Positions 13,771 to 26,634 of a DNA stretch of 64,000 bases are shown here, one piece after another. The stretch is from Podarcis liolepis (lineage: Eukaryota), in the NCBI GenBank assembly GCA_965112155.1, contig OZ218103.1. One strand, 5' to 3'. The notes beneath the pieces were generated by a model, which was not told where the DNA came from, made no database searches, and saw only the letters and a program-made list of their open reading frames with translations. The translations under genes were made by a program, and so were the position numbers. Each line of letters begins with the position of its first letter. Within the stretch, counting starts at the first letter, position 1.

Positions 13771-15464
13771 CTAAGTTGCCAAGAATAAAGCAAAGCAGAT
13801 ATTAAGCATGCACAGAAATTTGAAGAAAATCCCCATTTCCCTCCCTAGATGCTGCAGTGGTTTACCCAAAGAAAAGCATGTAAACAGGAGGCTGCTCTTA
13901 AGCATTGCTGCCATCATGTGGAGATAGAAAGCAATTTCAAGTGTACATTTTTGACAAGCGTTTGCATGATGGAGGGATCCATTCTACTCTGGTGCCAGTT
14001 TCCTATATTTCTCACATTTCTCTTTTCTGCCTACCTCACCAGTGCACTCACAATGTGGCAGTGCCCGCATAGGTTTTCACAGTTTACCTGACGAACAGAA
14101 AACTGCCAACTCTAGAGATTTATACAAATGCCTTTTAAATTCAGAGGTGTTTGATTCACAACAAATCAAGTTCATGCTGCACCCATAAAATCATTTAAAA
14201 CTGAAAGTCCCCACAAGCAGTAGTAAGCAATTTCAGATGGAGAAATGCCCATTTAAGAGGAGAACACCTCACGGCACAGGCGAGCAGCAGGTCTTAAATT
14301 TCAGCTTCAGAACTGTCTCTTTGAGAGAGATTTGCAAAATATTGATATGGCAAATATTTCCCATGGAACCTATGAGGTAAATTTCTTTATCCAGCAGTTG
14401 TTAACCCAGAGAAAAGTTACTCCTGTTGCAGGGAATAAGTGCAGAAACATTTTGTCCATAGCTTTAAGGAGAGTTGGTGGCCTGATAGAGACATATTTGA
14501 CTCCAGATGTTGTTGAGCTGCAACTCCCTTTACCCTTGACCGTTAAAAGCACTGAGATGGGCTGATGCAGTCCAACAACACACCTGGAAGGTACCATGTT
14601 GGGTACCAGTGGTTTAGACACTTGCTACTTCTCTCGGCACTTCTGTTCAAACAGATTTTACTGATTTTTGAAACAATCCCAAACCCTCCCTCCCCCCTGC
14701 AAAACCTGTTTATAAGATAGAACAGTGGGAAAGTATACATGCCATGAACAACCAAGCTTGTTTCATATCACTCAGCGCCATAAAAACAAACAAACTCCAC
14801 ACAACCACTCTGCCCTAAGTAAAAGGCGGTATGTGATTAAAGAGGTTTCCAGGGAAGCGTTTGGCCTATTGACTGCTTAGTCATCTACAATCAGAATTTG
14901 AAAATGCCTGCATTGTACTACTTACAGGAGTTATAAAGTTCTTTACTTTATCTCATTGGTAAAATAGATTCTACTTGTTCAGTTACTGCATCCACTGTAG
15001 CTTGTTATTGTTCAAAATACCAATGCAGTTTATTGCCTTGCTTGTTATTCATTTCCTTTTTTAAAAAAGCACTTTCCTCTTTAAACAGCAAGGAAGCTAC
15101 CCCAGCAGGATGAGAGGCTTCCTGGTAAGCAGGCTGGCTGGGCTACAGAGCAGATGGGAGGAAAAACCTGCTTATATATTTTCCCATTCCCTGGGGACAG
15201 GATATGATGCGCAGGCCAATGAGGAGGGAAACAGCTGTTGCTGGAAAGTGCTTCCTGTGGCTGAACACCATGTGGTGGGGGACAGCTGATTTGCTCTTAC
15301 TGCTCATTCCTCCAGGGCTGGGTAGAGCACAGATAATAGCAAAAAGTGTAGATAACAAAAGACAAAACAAAATGAAAAACGTCTACCAGGCAACTGTCTA
15401 GATGCAAGTTTACATACAATGTATCTGGATAGTTTGAGAACAGCACTTCAGTTTGCAGTGAACA

Positions 15465-15693
15465 TAGGGCTGCCATAGCCGGGAAATAGCATCCAGGCGG
15501 AATTTACAAAAATCGGAAAAAATATACAGGGAAAGCATTCTTTTTGGTGGTCGATTTCCTTAAAAATAGCTCAAAAACTTCAACTTTTTGGGGGAGAATT
15601 TGAAAAAAACCCCAAACTCAACAATTTTGCCCCCCACCCAAGCTCAACAACTTTTGTGTCTGGATTTTCACTTCTTGAAATATGACAACTCTA
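15465..15693. mobile_element. hAT (Blackjack-like) non-autonomous element
   Basis: TIRs TAGGGCTGCCATA / TATGACAACTCTA. Perfect 8-bp TSD AGTGAACA at 15457-15464 and 15694-15701. Confidence 0.88.
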
Positions 15694-16093
15694 AGTGAAC
15701 AGTTACATTTTAATTGTAAGAAAACCCAGACACCATGCTGTATTTCTTTATACAGCCTACTAAGTTGAGGATGAAAGGCATTTCTTCATCTTCCCCCCTC
15801 CCTGCCCCCTTGTGAACTGCAGCCATGAAGGATATGCACAACTGAAAACATCATCAACAGCATCAATTTACCCATTTTCTCACCTTCCCCACTGCAAATG
15901 GTTAATTAATTAACACAGCATTGATGTGTGAACTAGTTGTGATTTCTGGTGCAGCAAAATTTTACTATAAAATGGATTCCCCACTCCCATTTACACACTG
16001 TGACCTTACATAAAACCTGGAAGGAAGGGTTGCTCTACTTATTAATAGGAATTGAAGTGAATTCTGTGATCTTTCAAGCTGATAAAGCTTTGA

Positions 16094-16785
16094 CAATGTG
16101 TGCAGAAATAGGCATACACACAATGGAATATTGGGCATGGTCCACCTCAATAAAGTACTGGTTACGCTGCCATTTTCGCTGCCCTCCATCAAGTATGCTC
16201 GCTGATTTGCTCAAAGACTCCTATAAATCAAGATGGTATCAGTACCTCGAAAAAAAGATTGAATCTTTAGGCATCGAGCTGGAGCCCCTGTACAATTCTA
16301 ATGAGCAATACATTTCCCATAATATCCTAACTAGACTAAAGGATGTCGAGAGACAAAATATTACGGCAGCTGTAAACAAAATTTGCTCCCCCATATTCTA
16401 TGATTTAAATATCTTAGATAGCAGAGCCAATTACGTCACTAAATTAATAATCCCAGCCCAACGTAGGGCTTTTATGCTGGCCCGTTTGAATGTTTTCCCC
16501 TCAGCATTTGTCAGGGGAAGATATCAAAACATTCCTAGAAACAAGAGATTCTGCAGATGTTCTATGAATGTCCCGGACACTGTAGAGCATATTCTCTTTC
16601 ATTGCCCATTGTACAGTATCCCACGTCAACGCGTGCTGTCCCCTCTTTTGGGTGGTCTGGAACCCCAGCAAGGTGAATGTGTGGGATTCTGCCTATCCGA
16701 CGTTGACCAAAGGGTAACGGCGGGGGTAGCCGAATTTTTGGTAGCAGTCCTCCAAGGAGCAGGTTAACAACGAAAACCACTGATT

Positions 16786-16840
<55 letters not shown>

Positions 16841-16943
16841 GCCAACTGCTCCCTTTTATATATATTTCAAGGCTTTTATATGTTATTTCCTCTTTTATGG
16901 TCTTATTTGCACAATGCCTAATAAAGGTTTGATAAGTATATGG
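16094..16943 (+). mobile_element. 5'-truncated non-LTR retrotransposon (RTE-X-like ORF2 C-terminus plus 3'UTR)
   Basis: Uninterrupted frame to 16767 with AEIG..IKYWLR, RGRY..IP..R.C.C..D..EH..FHCP.Y (CCHC). 3'UTR has (TA)n and AATAAA. Candidate TSD GCTTTGA at 16087-16093 and 16944-16950. Clade assignment is from motif memory. Confidence 0.85.
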
Positions 16944-17370
16944 GCTTTGATAAGCAAGCACTTTTTGAGAGGCTGGCTACGCTGTCCTTGGTCCTGAAAA
17001 AAACAAGTCATTCATAGTTGCATGCAACTGTTTCTTAGCTTTATTTTGCAAAGGAAGAAAGGAGTGGCCACAGTCCTTTCCTGCCAGTCCTTTTCTTCCC
17101 ATTGTATGGCAGCACTTTTTCTTTCTTACATCCCTCCTTTCCTACCTCATCTTCTCCCCTCCCCCACTTACTTCGCCTTTCTATTTCTTTGTTGTTGCAA
17201 GTTATTTTTTACGTTGTCAATCTGTATCTATATAAAATTACACAGAAAAAAATTATTTTAAGAAGAGCACGTGGAAGTGTATGACACCATTATTTGCCTT
17301 GCTTTGATAGAGCCTTCTGAACACAATCCACAAGGTGATTTCAACCAAGAAGGCCTGTAAGAACCTAGAG

Positions 17371-17506
17371 CAGGCTTCCTCAACCTTGGCCCTCCAGATG
17401 TTTTGAGACTATAATTCCCATAATCCCTGACCACTGGTCCTGCTAGCTAGGGATCATGGGAGTTGTAGGCCAAAAACATCTGGAGGGCTGAGGTTGAGGA
17501 AGCCTG
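17371..17506. mobile_element. Palindromic hAT (Charlie-like) MITE
   Basis: Long TIRs CAGGCTTCCTCAACCT / AGGTTGAGGAAGCCTG and perfect 8-bp TSD ACCTAGAG. Confidence 0.92.
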
Positions 17507-18241
17507 ACCTAGAGTAAAGATGCTAACAAGATTGTGGCATGAGACAGTAAAGGGGCAATCCCTAAAATCAACTGAGATTTCTTTATAAACCAGGTTTGTA
17601 CATATTGACTTGACAAGCAGGGCATTCTAGATTGACCCCTCTCTCTTTACGCCCTGGTAGAACACAGTAGAATATACCTGACCTCCCTAGATACTCACCC
17701 AATTTTCAGGAGGCATTTGAACACCCTTTAACTTGGGTTGCCATTTAAAAAACAACCACTTCCTTCTGATTTTGATCACTAGATATCTACTTCTAAACCT
17801 TGTAACCTGACAGAGCCCTTGGCATGTGTTACACTACTAATTCAAAGAGAATAATATATTTTTGAGAGTTGGCTTATTCAGCAATTCTTTTAGATTATTG
17901 CTGGAGAACCACAATGACCAAAACAAACATCACATATAGATTTAACTTCAGTGCCTGGCAATCACTTTTGTGCCCTGTAGACCTGTCTGGCAGCTGCTGA
18001 AGGGCATAATTCACTTGGTGACTATTGAGTTTGTCTTGGGATATGATTTCAGAACAGGGGGAGAGAATCTATGGCCTTGCAGATGTTGTTGGACTCCAAT
18101 TCCCATCAGCCCCAGCCAGCCAGCCAGCCAGCCAGCGTATGACCAATGTTGAAGGATTCAAATTGTAGTCCAGCAACATTCTGAAGACCATAGATTCTCC
18201 ACCTCTGCTACAGAACATAGCAGCAGAGGATATGATTCATG

Positions 18242-18625
18242 TGTCACTTCTGAATTTTGTTATGGAATAATAAAAGGGGATTATAGTTTGAGGACTCAGG
18301 TGAATTTCTTATGTTCCTGAGAACATTGGGAATAATTCCAGCATGAAACATTCTTTAAGAATCATAAACTGTGGGAGCTAAAATCAGGCAGAGATCACCA
18401 GGCTGATGATCCGAGCACTGTAACTCTGAGCTCACTGCATGGTTGTATCCTAGAGTCTATTGGTTCTCAGCATGTCTGGGACTGCCGTACAGATAAGCGG
18501 ACACCTGTTTCCAAGCTGACTTTAGAAATGATGCTGGCCATTGACCAAGACTCCCGTGTAGGTTTGTTTGTGAATAAAACTGCTACCATATGGTGTGTTA
18601 ACAGTCCCTATTCCCTCCACCAACA
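18242..18625 (+). mobile_element. Possible degenerate solo LTR
   Basis: TGTCAC...CCAACA termini, AATAAA near the 3' end, and an imperfect flanking repeat TCATG/GCATG. Confidence 0.3.
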
Positions 18626-19531
18626 GCATGACTGCAAGGTACGAATGTTCAGAAGTCTCCGAATCATTTAAGTCTACATGATCAATGCTTCCTCATCCCT
18701 TTTAAAACACAGCAAAAGAATGAACCTCCTGTGAAGCAATAAAAATATGAAGTGAATAGGAGTAAAAGTTATGGAAGATGGATGCCTTTTAAAGGTGGAA
18801 TGAAGCACTTCTATATTCCAGTGATTGTAATGGAAAAGGTTTAAGCCTATACTTAACTCTCCTGATAAAATCAGTGTAAAAGTGAATACGGATTTGAGCC
18901 CAAGTATCCACAATTTACATCCAACACTCTCTTGTATTTATCCATGTAACTTTTTATTTATATCCCCATTCATATGAATGTTATTTATCTACTTACTTAC
19001 TTACCTTCATTAGACAGACAATGAAGCTGGTGACTACAGCTGGTTCATATAACCTCTCCGAGTCTGTTCTAGACCCGTAAGATGGAATAATATCTTTTTC
19101 TAACCTCAAAATGCTGAGGCAGCCTAGTAACTATATTGTCTGCTGCTGTTCTGCCTCTGATATAGTGTGTCATTCATGGTTGGCATGTTTTGTTGCTTTT
19201 CATGTGTGCTGTTAGCTTGCCTTGAATATTCTATGAATGCTTTAAATAAAGAAGATATGTGTGTTTTAAATAAATAAGAGATGGAAATATAAATCTTCAA
19301 GAAAAATGAGTTAATTTGAAGTTCATGGGCATGCAAGCTAAATGGTCTGTTGGGGCACTCCAGAGACCTATGAAGTTTCTACATGAGTGTTTCATTCTCC
19401 AGAGTGCCTGGCACTGGAATTCAATGCCTCCTGTTAATGGAGCCAATCACATAAGATCTTGGATTGCAAGACTGCCAGTGGTGGAGTCTTTTTTGGTACC
19501 CCAAACTCTTTACATCTATGAGAATACTCAC

Positions 19532-19760
19532 AATCTTCCCCCGAGTAGCCAATGACAGTCTCAGGTTCCATAGCAACCCCATAGTCGTTTTTGGCCTGCA
19601 CTTTGATCTCGTAGGGTGTATAGATGGGCGTCTGTGTGACAGTGAACTGGTTAGTGTCACCCTTTACCGTCCTGTTGTTCCAACTCTCCCGAGTGTCTCT
19701 TCTCCTCCATTTCACAATGTACTTGAGGTTGGGGCCGTAAACTTGGGTTGCATTTAGCGG
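19532..19760 (-). CDS. NFASC: NFASC FNIII-2 second part ([14 protein letters not shown]...IGYSGED)
   Basis: ctttaag acceptor, gtgagt donor, 229 nt. Confidence 0.97.
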
Positions 19761-20171
19761 CTTAAAGGATACACAAAAATTAAGAAATCCATTATTACTC
19801 TTGTTAACTTTGAACACCAGCTGCTGTCCCTGCCACCGAACAGTGTTTCTGTGACGCCAGAGGATACAGAATCATAGATGGATCTAAAAACAGGACTAAC
19901 AAGCCCATGGTGTCATAAGCTTTCATATGCTAGAATCTATTTTATCAGATGCATGAAATGTTGCCCTCCGTTGGCGGATTCTCCCTCCCTCCCTCTGTAT
20001 GGGTGTTTTTGAGCTTTCCTCTTACCCTTTATGGACTCTAGCCCACAAAAGCTTATACCCAAATATGCAGCTTAAGTATTTACTGTGTCACAGGACACTC
20101 TGTTTTCACTGCAGCAGACTATTCTGTGAACTGCCCTGAGACCCCTAGGTATAGGGCGGTATATAAATTCC

Positions 20172-20217
<46 letters not shown>

Positions 20218-20322
20218 TCACTTTGGAGATAACAAATGCAAAATGCATCCAGGTAACTGCACAGTTTCCAATTACATGAATTGCACCAGCAACAAGTATA
20301 TACACATGGAGAGTTAACTCAC

Positions 20323-20393
20323 TGTCCAGGATATCACCATGTTATTTTTGGCTGTTCCTGCTCCTTTAACTCCTGTGGGGTTAATTTCTGGAC
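20323..20393 (-). CDS. NFASC: NFASC FNIII-2 first part (RPEINPTGVKGAGTAKNNMVISWT)
   Basis: atttcag acceptor, gtgagt donor, 71 nt. Confidence 0.96.
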
Positions 20394-21633
20394 CTGAAAT
20401 AAATTAAAACGTGAAATTTGTTTTAAAGCATTGAATGCTACAACACAGCTACTGCAAGCTTTTCTATACCATGCGATATTGCTAAAGGAATAATCTTTTT
20501 TTTCTTCCACATAGGAAGGCTAGAACACAAAGGGGAGACCCACATAAAGCCTCTGCCAAAAGGAAAGACCTATGCAATTGCTATGGTACCACAAAAGCTA
20601 TTTGCAAAGCAAACTTTTAAAGTTACTATGACACTGGTGGTGTCAGTTGTTTAAAAAGCACTTAAAACAAAGATGGGGAAACTATGAAGGGACATCAACC
20701 CCCTCAAAAAAGTCAACCTGGAGCAGCGGCTGATGCTGGTAAGGCTAGAGAGAATGTGGTTATGGTGTATAGCACTACAGAGAATTCACTCTATGTGTGC
20801 TACCCTTTCTCTCCCTCTCCTTCTGTGTTTCTCTTAACACTGGCCTGAACTAATCAGCTGTAGAGGCTGCATATATTTAAACAAAGGGTTATGAGTAAAT
20901 TAAGATGCACAAGAGCCTTGTCCTTACAACAGAAACATGCCTTCTTTGATGTTTTGTACAAAAAAAATCAAAATCCAGCCCATCACTTCCCTAATTTGAG
21001 AAAAGTATTTATTTGTGAGGTTCCTCTTGCACTCCATGCACATCTACAGTCCAAAATCTTAAACTTAAAATACCAAGCCAGTACATATCTGTTAGGAATT
21101 TGTGACAAAAGCCCATTAGCCTAAAGATACTTGGTTGACTCAGAAAAAGCTCAGGGCTGCTTCGTACATTACACCAGGGATGGGAATTCTGTGGCCCTCC
21201 AGATATTGTTGGACTTGACTCACATCCTCCCTAACTATTGGTCATGCCGGCTAGGGCTGATGGAGGTTGCAGCTTAGCAGCATCTGAATGGCTGCAGATT
21301 CCCTATCCCTACATGATATGGATAAGATGCACCAAAAATGTTTTTATGTGTACACATTAAATCTAATGTAATGGGACAACATGACAAACAGGTGCATGCA
21401 TATATTTCTCAGGTACACTTTCCAGGGAACTGAGACTGGCCACTACTGCCTGATGAGCATACATGGTGACAAATATGGGCTAGCTATAAAGGTAACGCGT
21501 GACACAATCCACATTCTTAGTGTCTCTCTCTTTTATCTGTCCTTGTTCTTGCGTACATTACAATTGCATAGTTTTATGTAAGTGTTCTTTTCCTTTCAAA
21601 TATACCCATCCACTCAAGTCAAATAGCACTTAC

Positions 21634-21831
21634 GTGCCCCATTTGTATGGTATCGCTCAGAAGGCAAGCTGGGGTAACTGCTTCCTACTTCGTTCACAGC
21701 TATTACTCGGAACTGATAGTTGACGTAGGGTGCAAGGCGCAGGATGGCAGAGTTCACGCTTCCTGGGTAACGGGAATGGTTGTGCCAACTTCCAGGCTGG
21801 AATCTATCCTCTTCAAATTCCACAATGTAAT
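21634..21831 (-). CDS. NFASC: NFASC FNIII-1 second half ([14 protein letters not shown]...YHTNGA)
   Basis: cttctag acceptor, gtaagt donor, 198 nt. Confidence 0.97.
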
Positions 21832-21966
21832 CTAGAAGAGCAGAGTGTGAAGGCTTGCTAAAGTTGCGACATAATTATCGGCCAGCTGACTTTTAGAAAG
21901 GAAACCAAACCAAAGCAGCAACACTGTTCCCCTGTAGGGTTTCAAAGTAGAGGAACAAGTGCTGAC

Positions 21967-22068
21967 CTGTGATAGGGCTGTTGTTGTCGTCGCCAGGAAT
22001 CCACGTCAACCGCACACTCCTTTCAGCGAGGTCAGTTAGTTCGAGATCACGAGGACGTTCAGGACGTG
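21967..22068 (-). CDS. NFASC: NFASC FNIII-1 first half ([33 protein letters not shown])
   Basis: cctgtag acceptor, gtcagc donor, 102 nt. Confidence 0.97.
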
Positions 22069-22944
22069 CTACAGGCAAAAGAATGCATGTAAGGTGCAGG
22101 TGTCCCTCATGGGCTAGTCCACTCAAGAGCTGGTGCTTAATACCTTTGGGTATCATGACCACTGACTCTGGGACCTTGCAGCATGAAGCAGAGAGAACTC
22201 CACTAAGGCCATTTCCTCAGAGGAAGAATAGCCAGTATTGCATTTGGGGACCTTTTGGACACAGACCACAGCCCTGCCTCCATTGATGGACTCAGATTAG
22301 GAATCAGCCTTGCAGAAGTCAAAGGCTACAAGATCAGTGAAGGCCCTTTAACAACTCAGCCAGCTCCTCTACACAGGTGGAACCAACCATGCAACAGGTC
22401 TTACCAGCCTTCAGTTGGCTTCTGGCCTCTGCTGGGACATCTTCATAAAGCTACCTTGGTAGGAGAGCACTTCAGCCAACAGGGCTCACTTAGAACTATC
22501 CAAGGTTCTGTTTTTCTCTGCCCTCTTCATAAGAGGGCCCTAACAGTCCACATTCTTTGCAAAGACAGAGCTTTACAAAGAAGGAACATAAATACAATGA
22601 AGGGCAAAGGTCACCTTGCAAAAATAAAAAGGAGGGTGAGAAACACCTCCCATCATTTTTAGCATCAGCCCCCAAAATTCATCCATGCAGACTGATTAAA
22701 ATATTCTTCCTTTGCGGTAGGGGGCAACATCAACAACAATTTGTGCAATAGAAATCACAATCCCCTACCCCAAAGAGGTCCAATTATCAGGGATATTTGT
22801 CATGAGGTTTGGGCCAGCCAAAGTTATCCAACTTTCAGAGGCACTTAAATTTCATACCAAAGTCATTGCAATGGTCAAGCAACAGTGAAAGAGAATGTAA
22901 AAATTAATAATAATCAAAGTGGTAAATGGATCAGTAGTGATTAC

Positions 22945-22980
22945 CTTTGGGTAGGGTCATACGGTTAACAGAAGAAGGAG
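22945..22980 (-). CDS. NFASC: NFASC alternative 36-nt Ig6-FNIII-1 linker exon (APSSVNRMTLPK)
   Basis: tttttgcag acceptor, AAAG|gtaatc donor, phase 1-1. Resembles recalled chicken AIPANRLRDLPK and human ...TNRLAALPK. Confidence 0.88.
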
Positions 22981-24691
22981 CTGCAAAAATAGATATTAGC
23001 TATTTAGATGGTTAGTTCAATTCTTAAGCACAACTTGTTGCAGGAATACAATGTGCAGTGGCTGTGCCAGGTTTCAAGAAGCCCTGGGCAAGATGACTTC
23101 CAGACCCTCCTCCACCACTGAAACACTTTGTCTTCCTCTACCAGGAGGCCCTAGTTGCTTCCCATCTTCTAAATGGTGAGAAGGGAATGGACAGAACCCT
23201 AGTTCTCTTTTTTGCTTGGAGGAATGGGGAAATGAAGGAACCTGTCTGTTACCTTCCTACAACCATGAAAGTTTAAAAGGTGGTGAAAGAACGGATATCC
23301 TCCCACAAATACAAAAATAAAAAGTAAAAAGGACTCATCCTCCCCATTCCTTAACAAGCAGCAGGAAAGCAAATTAAGTTTCTTTTTCCTAGTCTTTTTT
23401 CAAAACTTTTTTATAGAGGCTGATGGATGCTTTGGTTCCAACATACCTGACAATCTCTAAAATAACATTTTGGAAAAAAGTTTGCTTAGTAGTGGCACTT
23501 CCTCCCTCTTGGTGGTGGAAGCAGTCAACACTTAAAAAAACACAAAACAAAACAAAACAAAACAGCAGAGCAAACAAGCTGCTGCATTCAGAGCAAAGCT
23601 CTGGGTGGTTTTATCTTTCTTTTTAATTTCTCAGAGTGTTTATGGAGCCCACATGGAGACCAGAGGCACCTGGGTGGGTACAGCTGTCTAGAGCATTGCT
23701 CCAAAAGCAACTGTACACCAAACCCTGCTGTAAGGGTTTCAAAAAAGAAGAGTCAGGGACTATCATGGTGGTGCCCTTTGGGAGCACAGGGCACTTACCT
23801 TACCCTAAATCAGACCATTGGTCCATCAAGCTCAGCTATGTCTGCACTGACTCACAGTAACTCTCCAGGGTTTCTGGCAAGAGTCACTCCCTGGAGATGC
23901 CAGGGACTGAACCTGGAAGCTTCTGCATGCAAAGCAGATGCTCTACAATTGAGTTACGGTCCTTCCTCTTGCAGTTGTGTCCCATGGTCCAGCCCTATCA
24001 GCACCACTGACCGCAAGGACCAGAGTACCAGCCTTCACTGACTTTTCTTGGAAGACAGGCCCTACCAGCACCATTGCTATGCTCCTAAATGTATTCCAGT
24101 TACCTTCAGTCTTTCCCAAACTAGCTCACAGACAAGACCGAAACACAAAAGATGCAGAGTTGTTCAAAATGTTTGCTTAGGTGTCAGGTACTTCAACATC
24201 TGGACAAAACTCAAGTGTACTTCATTGACTTCAGATTAACCAAAGTCCTGTGAGCCCTGCCTGGTCACTTGCAACAAGGAATGGAAGGATCTGTCCATTT
24301 CATTTCCCTCAGTTTCTCATCTTTCCAATTTTAAATTCAGTTTCCCACATTTCTACAGCATTTTGTGACTCTTTTTTTTAATCCTCATGAAAATTAGCTA
24401 TAATTAGCAAGGTTCCCTGGTTAATCTTCAGATATTGGTTCAGAAAGGCCACTGAAACCTTTTTGGGTAACCTTTTACTTTAAAGAAAATACAGGGTGTT
24501 AGAAATTGTTAAGAATAACATTCCAAATTCAAAGGAATTTGTTATTTGTTTCATGACCATTGCACATGGTACCCTGTAGGTGTTACACTACAACACAGGA
24601 GAACAGGTATTAAAATCTGTCAAAATAAGCTGTCAGTCCCCCCGTGGACCTCGTCTCAAGCTCTGTAAACTTAAAAGGAATATCAAGTTAC

Positions 24692-24816
24692 CCAGAACAG
24701 TGAGATGGGCTCTGGCAGTGTCTCGATCTAGTTCAGTGCTGGCAACGCAGGTGTAATATCCTTGATCTTTTTCAGCCACTCCATATATCGTCAGGCCATC
24801 TTCTTCTTTCTTCATC
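24692..24816 (-). CDS. NFASC: NFASC Ig6 second half ([26 protein letters not shown]...LTVL)
   Basis: tgtgaaag acceptor, gtaact donor, 125 nt. Confidence 0.96.
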
Positions 24817-26162
24817 CTTTCACAAAAGGAAAACATCAGAAATAAATACAAACACAGTAAGAATAATCTGACCCCGCAGCTTGCTTCAAGCAATGGCAGG
24901 ACCAGCTGTAACAGCTATCTTGTGTATGTTTATTCATTTTTATTTATTTAGTATAGTTTTATGCTGCCCTGCATCTTATAATCTAAGGGCAGGGTACAAA
25001 CAAAATGTAAACATAAGAGATAAAATATAAAATGATCTAGTACAACAATTTTACGTTCTGTAACATGGCAGGGTAAGAAAACAGTCTCTGACCTCTGGTG
25101 ACAAAATCTTTGGCTGCAATTGAAACCCCCTTTCCAATGCCCCTCCATGTAACTGGGCAAAGGTGTCCATCCACTGGCACAGAACTCTCATTGCACCCAC
25201 TGAATGTGCAGGAGATGTACAGGCAGTGGGATCCTCAACAGTGGTAGCCTTCAGAAAGCTCCAAAATATGGTGTTTTGAGGGTAGGCTGAGCTAGCCCTG
25301 GATCTGCTAGAGCTCAAGCTGGCCCTCCTGCTATAATTTACCAGCACTGGGCCATATCCAGGCCAGTTCCAGGCTGACACAACAATTTCCATGCACCTCC
25401 ACCTTCCAACCTGGCCAGTATGAGCAACCAGGCTAGAGATATGGCAATAGCTCCACCTCTCTATCACAGCCTGCTGCTGCCGTCTAAACTTTAGATTCTC
25501 CTGCCAAGCTTTTAGTTTCCAGTAAGAGGTAAGAAACACACCCACTGTTATTTTCACACAGTCTGCTACTTCTGTTGTATGTCAGAGTAAGCAATATTAA
25601 CTGCTGCATAGAGACACCACTCCCAGGAACAATATGGCAACAATTGGCCATTCCAAGTTTGTTTATACTGTAAGACACTAAATAACAATTACATGGAAAT
25701 ATTATTATTCATTATGGTAGAAGAGAGTGATTCTGGCTGGCTTTGGCAGCACAGCTACCTTATATAAAGTCAGATGGGGGAACCTTTGGCCCTGCAGATG
25801 TTGTTGGATTCCAACTCCCATCAGCCCTAACCAGCTTGGCCAATGATCAGGGATGATGGGAGTTATAGTCCAACAACATCCAGAAGCCCACAGCTTCCTC
25901 ATCCCTGATCTAGGTCAATATTGTCTACTCTGGTTGGCAATAGCTCTCCAGGGTCCTATCACTTATCACTTGATAATTTAACTGGAGATGCCAGGGGCAG
26001 AACCTGGGACCTTAAAACTACAGTCCCCCTCCCTGGAGAAAAGACAGCAGTACAGCTTACCAACATAGCAAAAGGATTTATTCCTTCTTTGTGTCCTCTG
26101 GATACATAAAATGTTAACATCTTGAGAAACATACAGCCTATGAAAACAAAGACAGCACACAC

Positions 26163-26310
26163 CTGCTTCCAAAGTACAGAGGGGAATCATCCTTGAGCCA
26201 GGTGACCGTAAGTCTCAGCGTGGGGTCATGCCTAACCCGACACATTAGATGAACTGTGGAACCCTTCTTTGGCACTGCATCCTTTGGCCCATCTATGATC
26301 CTCGTTAGAT
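26163..26310 (-). CDS. NFASC: NFASC Ig6 first half ([32 protein letters not shown]...LYFGSR)
   Basis: ttcacag acceptor, gtgtgt donor, 148 nt. Confidence 0.95.
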
Positions 26311-26634
26311 CTGTGAAGAGTTATACAGTTATAAAGTGTAAGAATGTAATTTTGGGGACTGTGCGAGTAGTCAGTCGAAGTCTAGTGGAAAGAAACCACA
26401 GACACTTTGGGCAATGAGAAATAATTTGGTCAGATTGCAGAGTTCCTACAGATTTCTAGTTGCAATTCTTTTCCATACCCATAACTACACATTTAAGAGT
26501 GATAAATCCTGCAAATATTCTTTTATTCCGTAGCAATGCCAACTTTTAATACACATGGTGGTGGTATCTGAGATGTGTACTTTTGTGCTATGGATCGATT
26601 TGATAAATGGCTGTTTTATTAGAGAAGCAAGTTA

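Noticed and set aside
15949-16767. 272-aa ORF as an independent nested gene
   Set aside because: It is the C-terminus of a LINE ORF2 with a fortuitous in-frame intronic extension and a non-ATG start.
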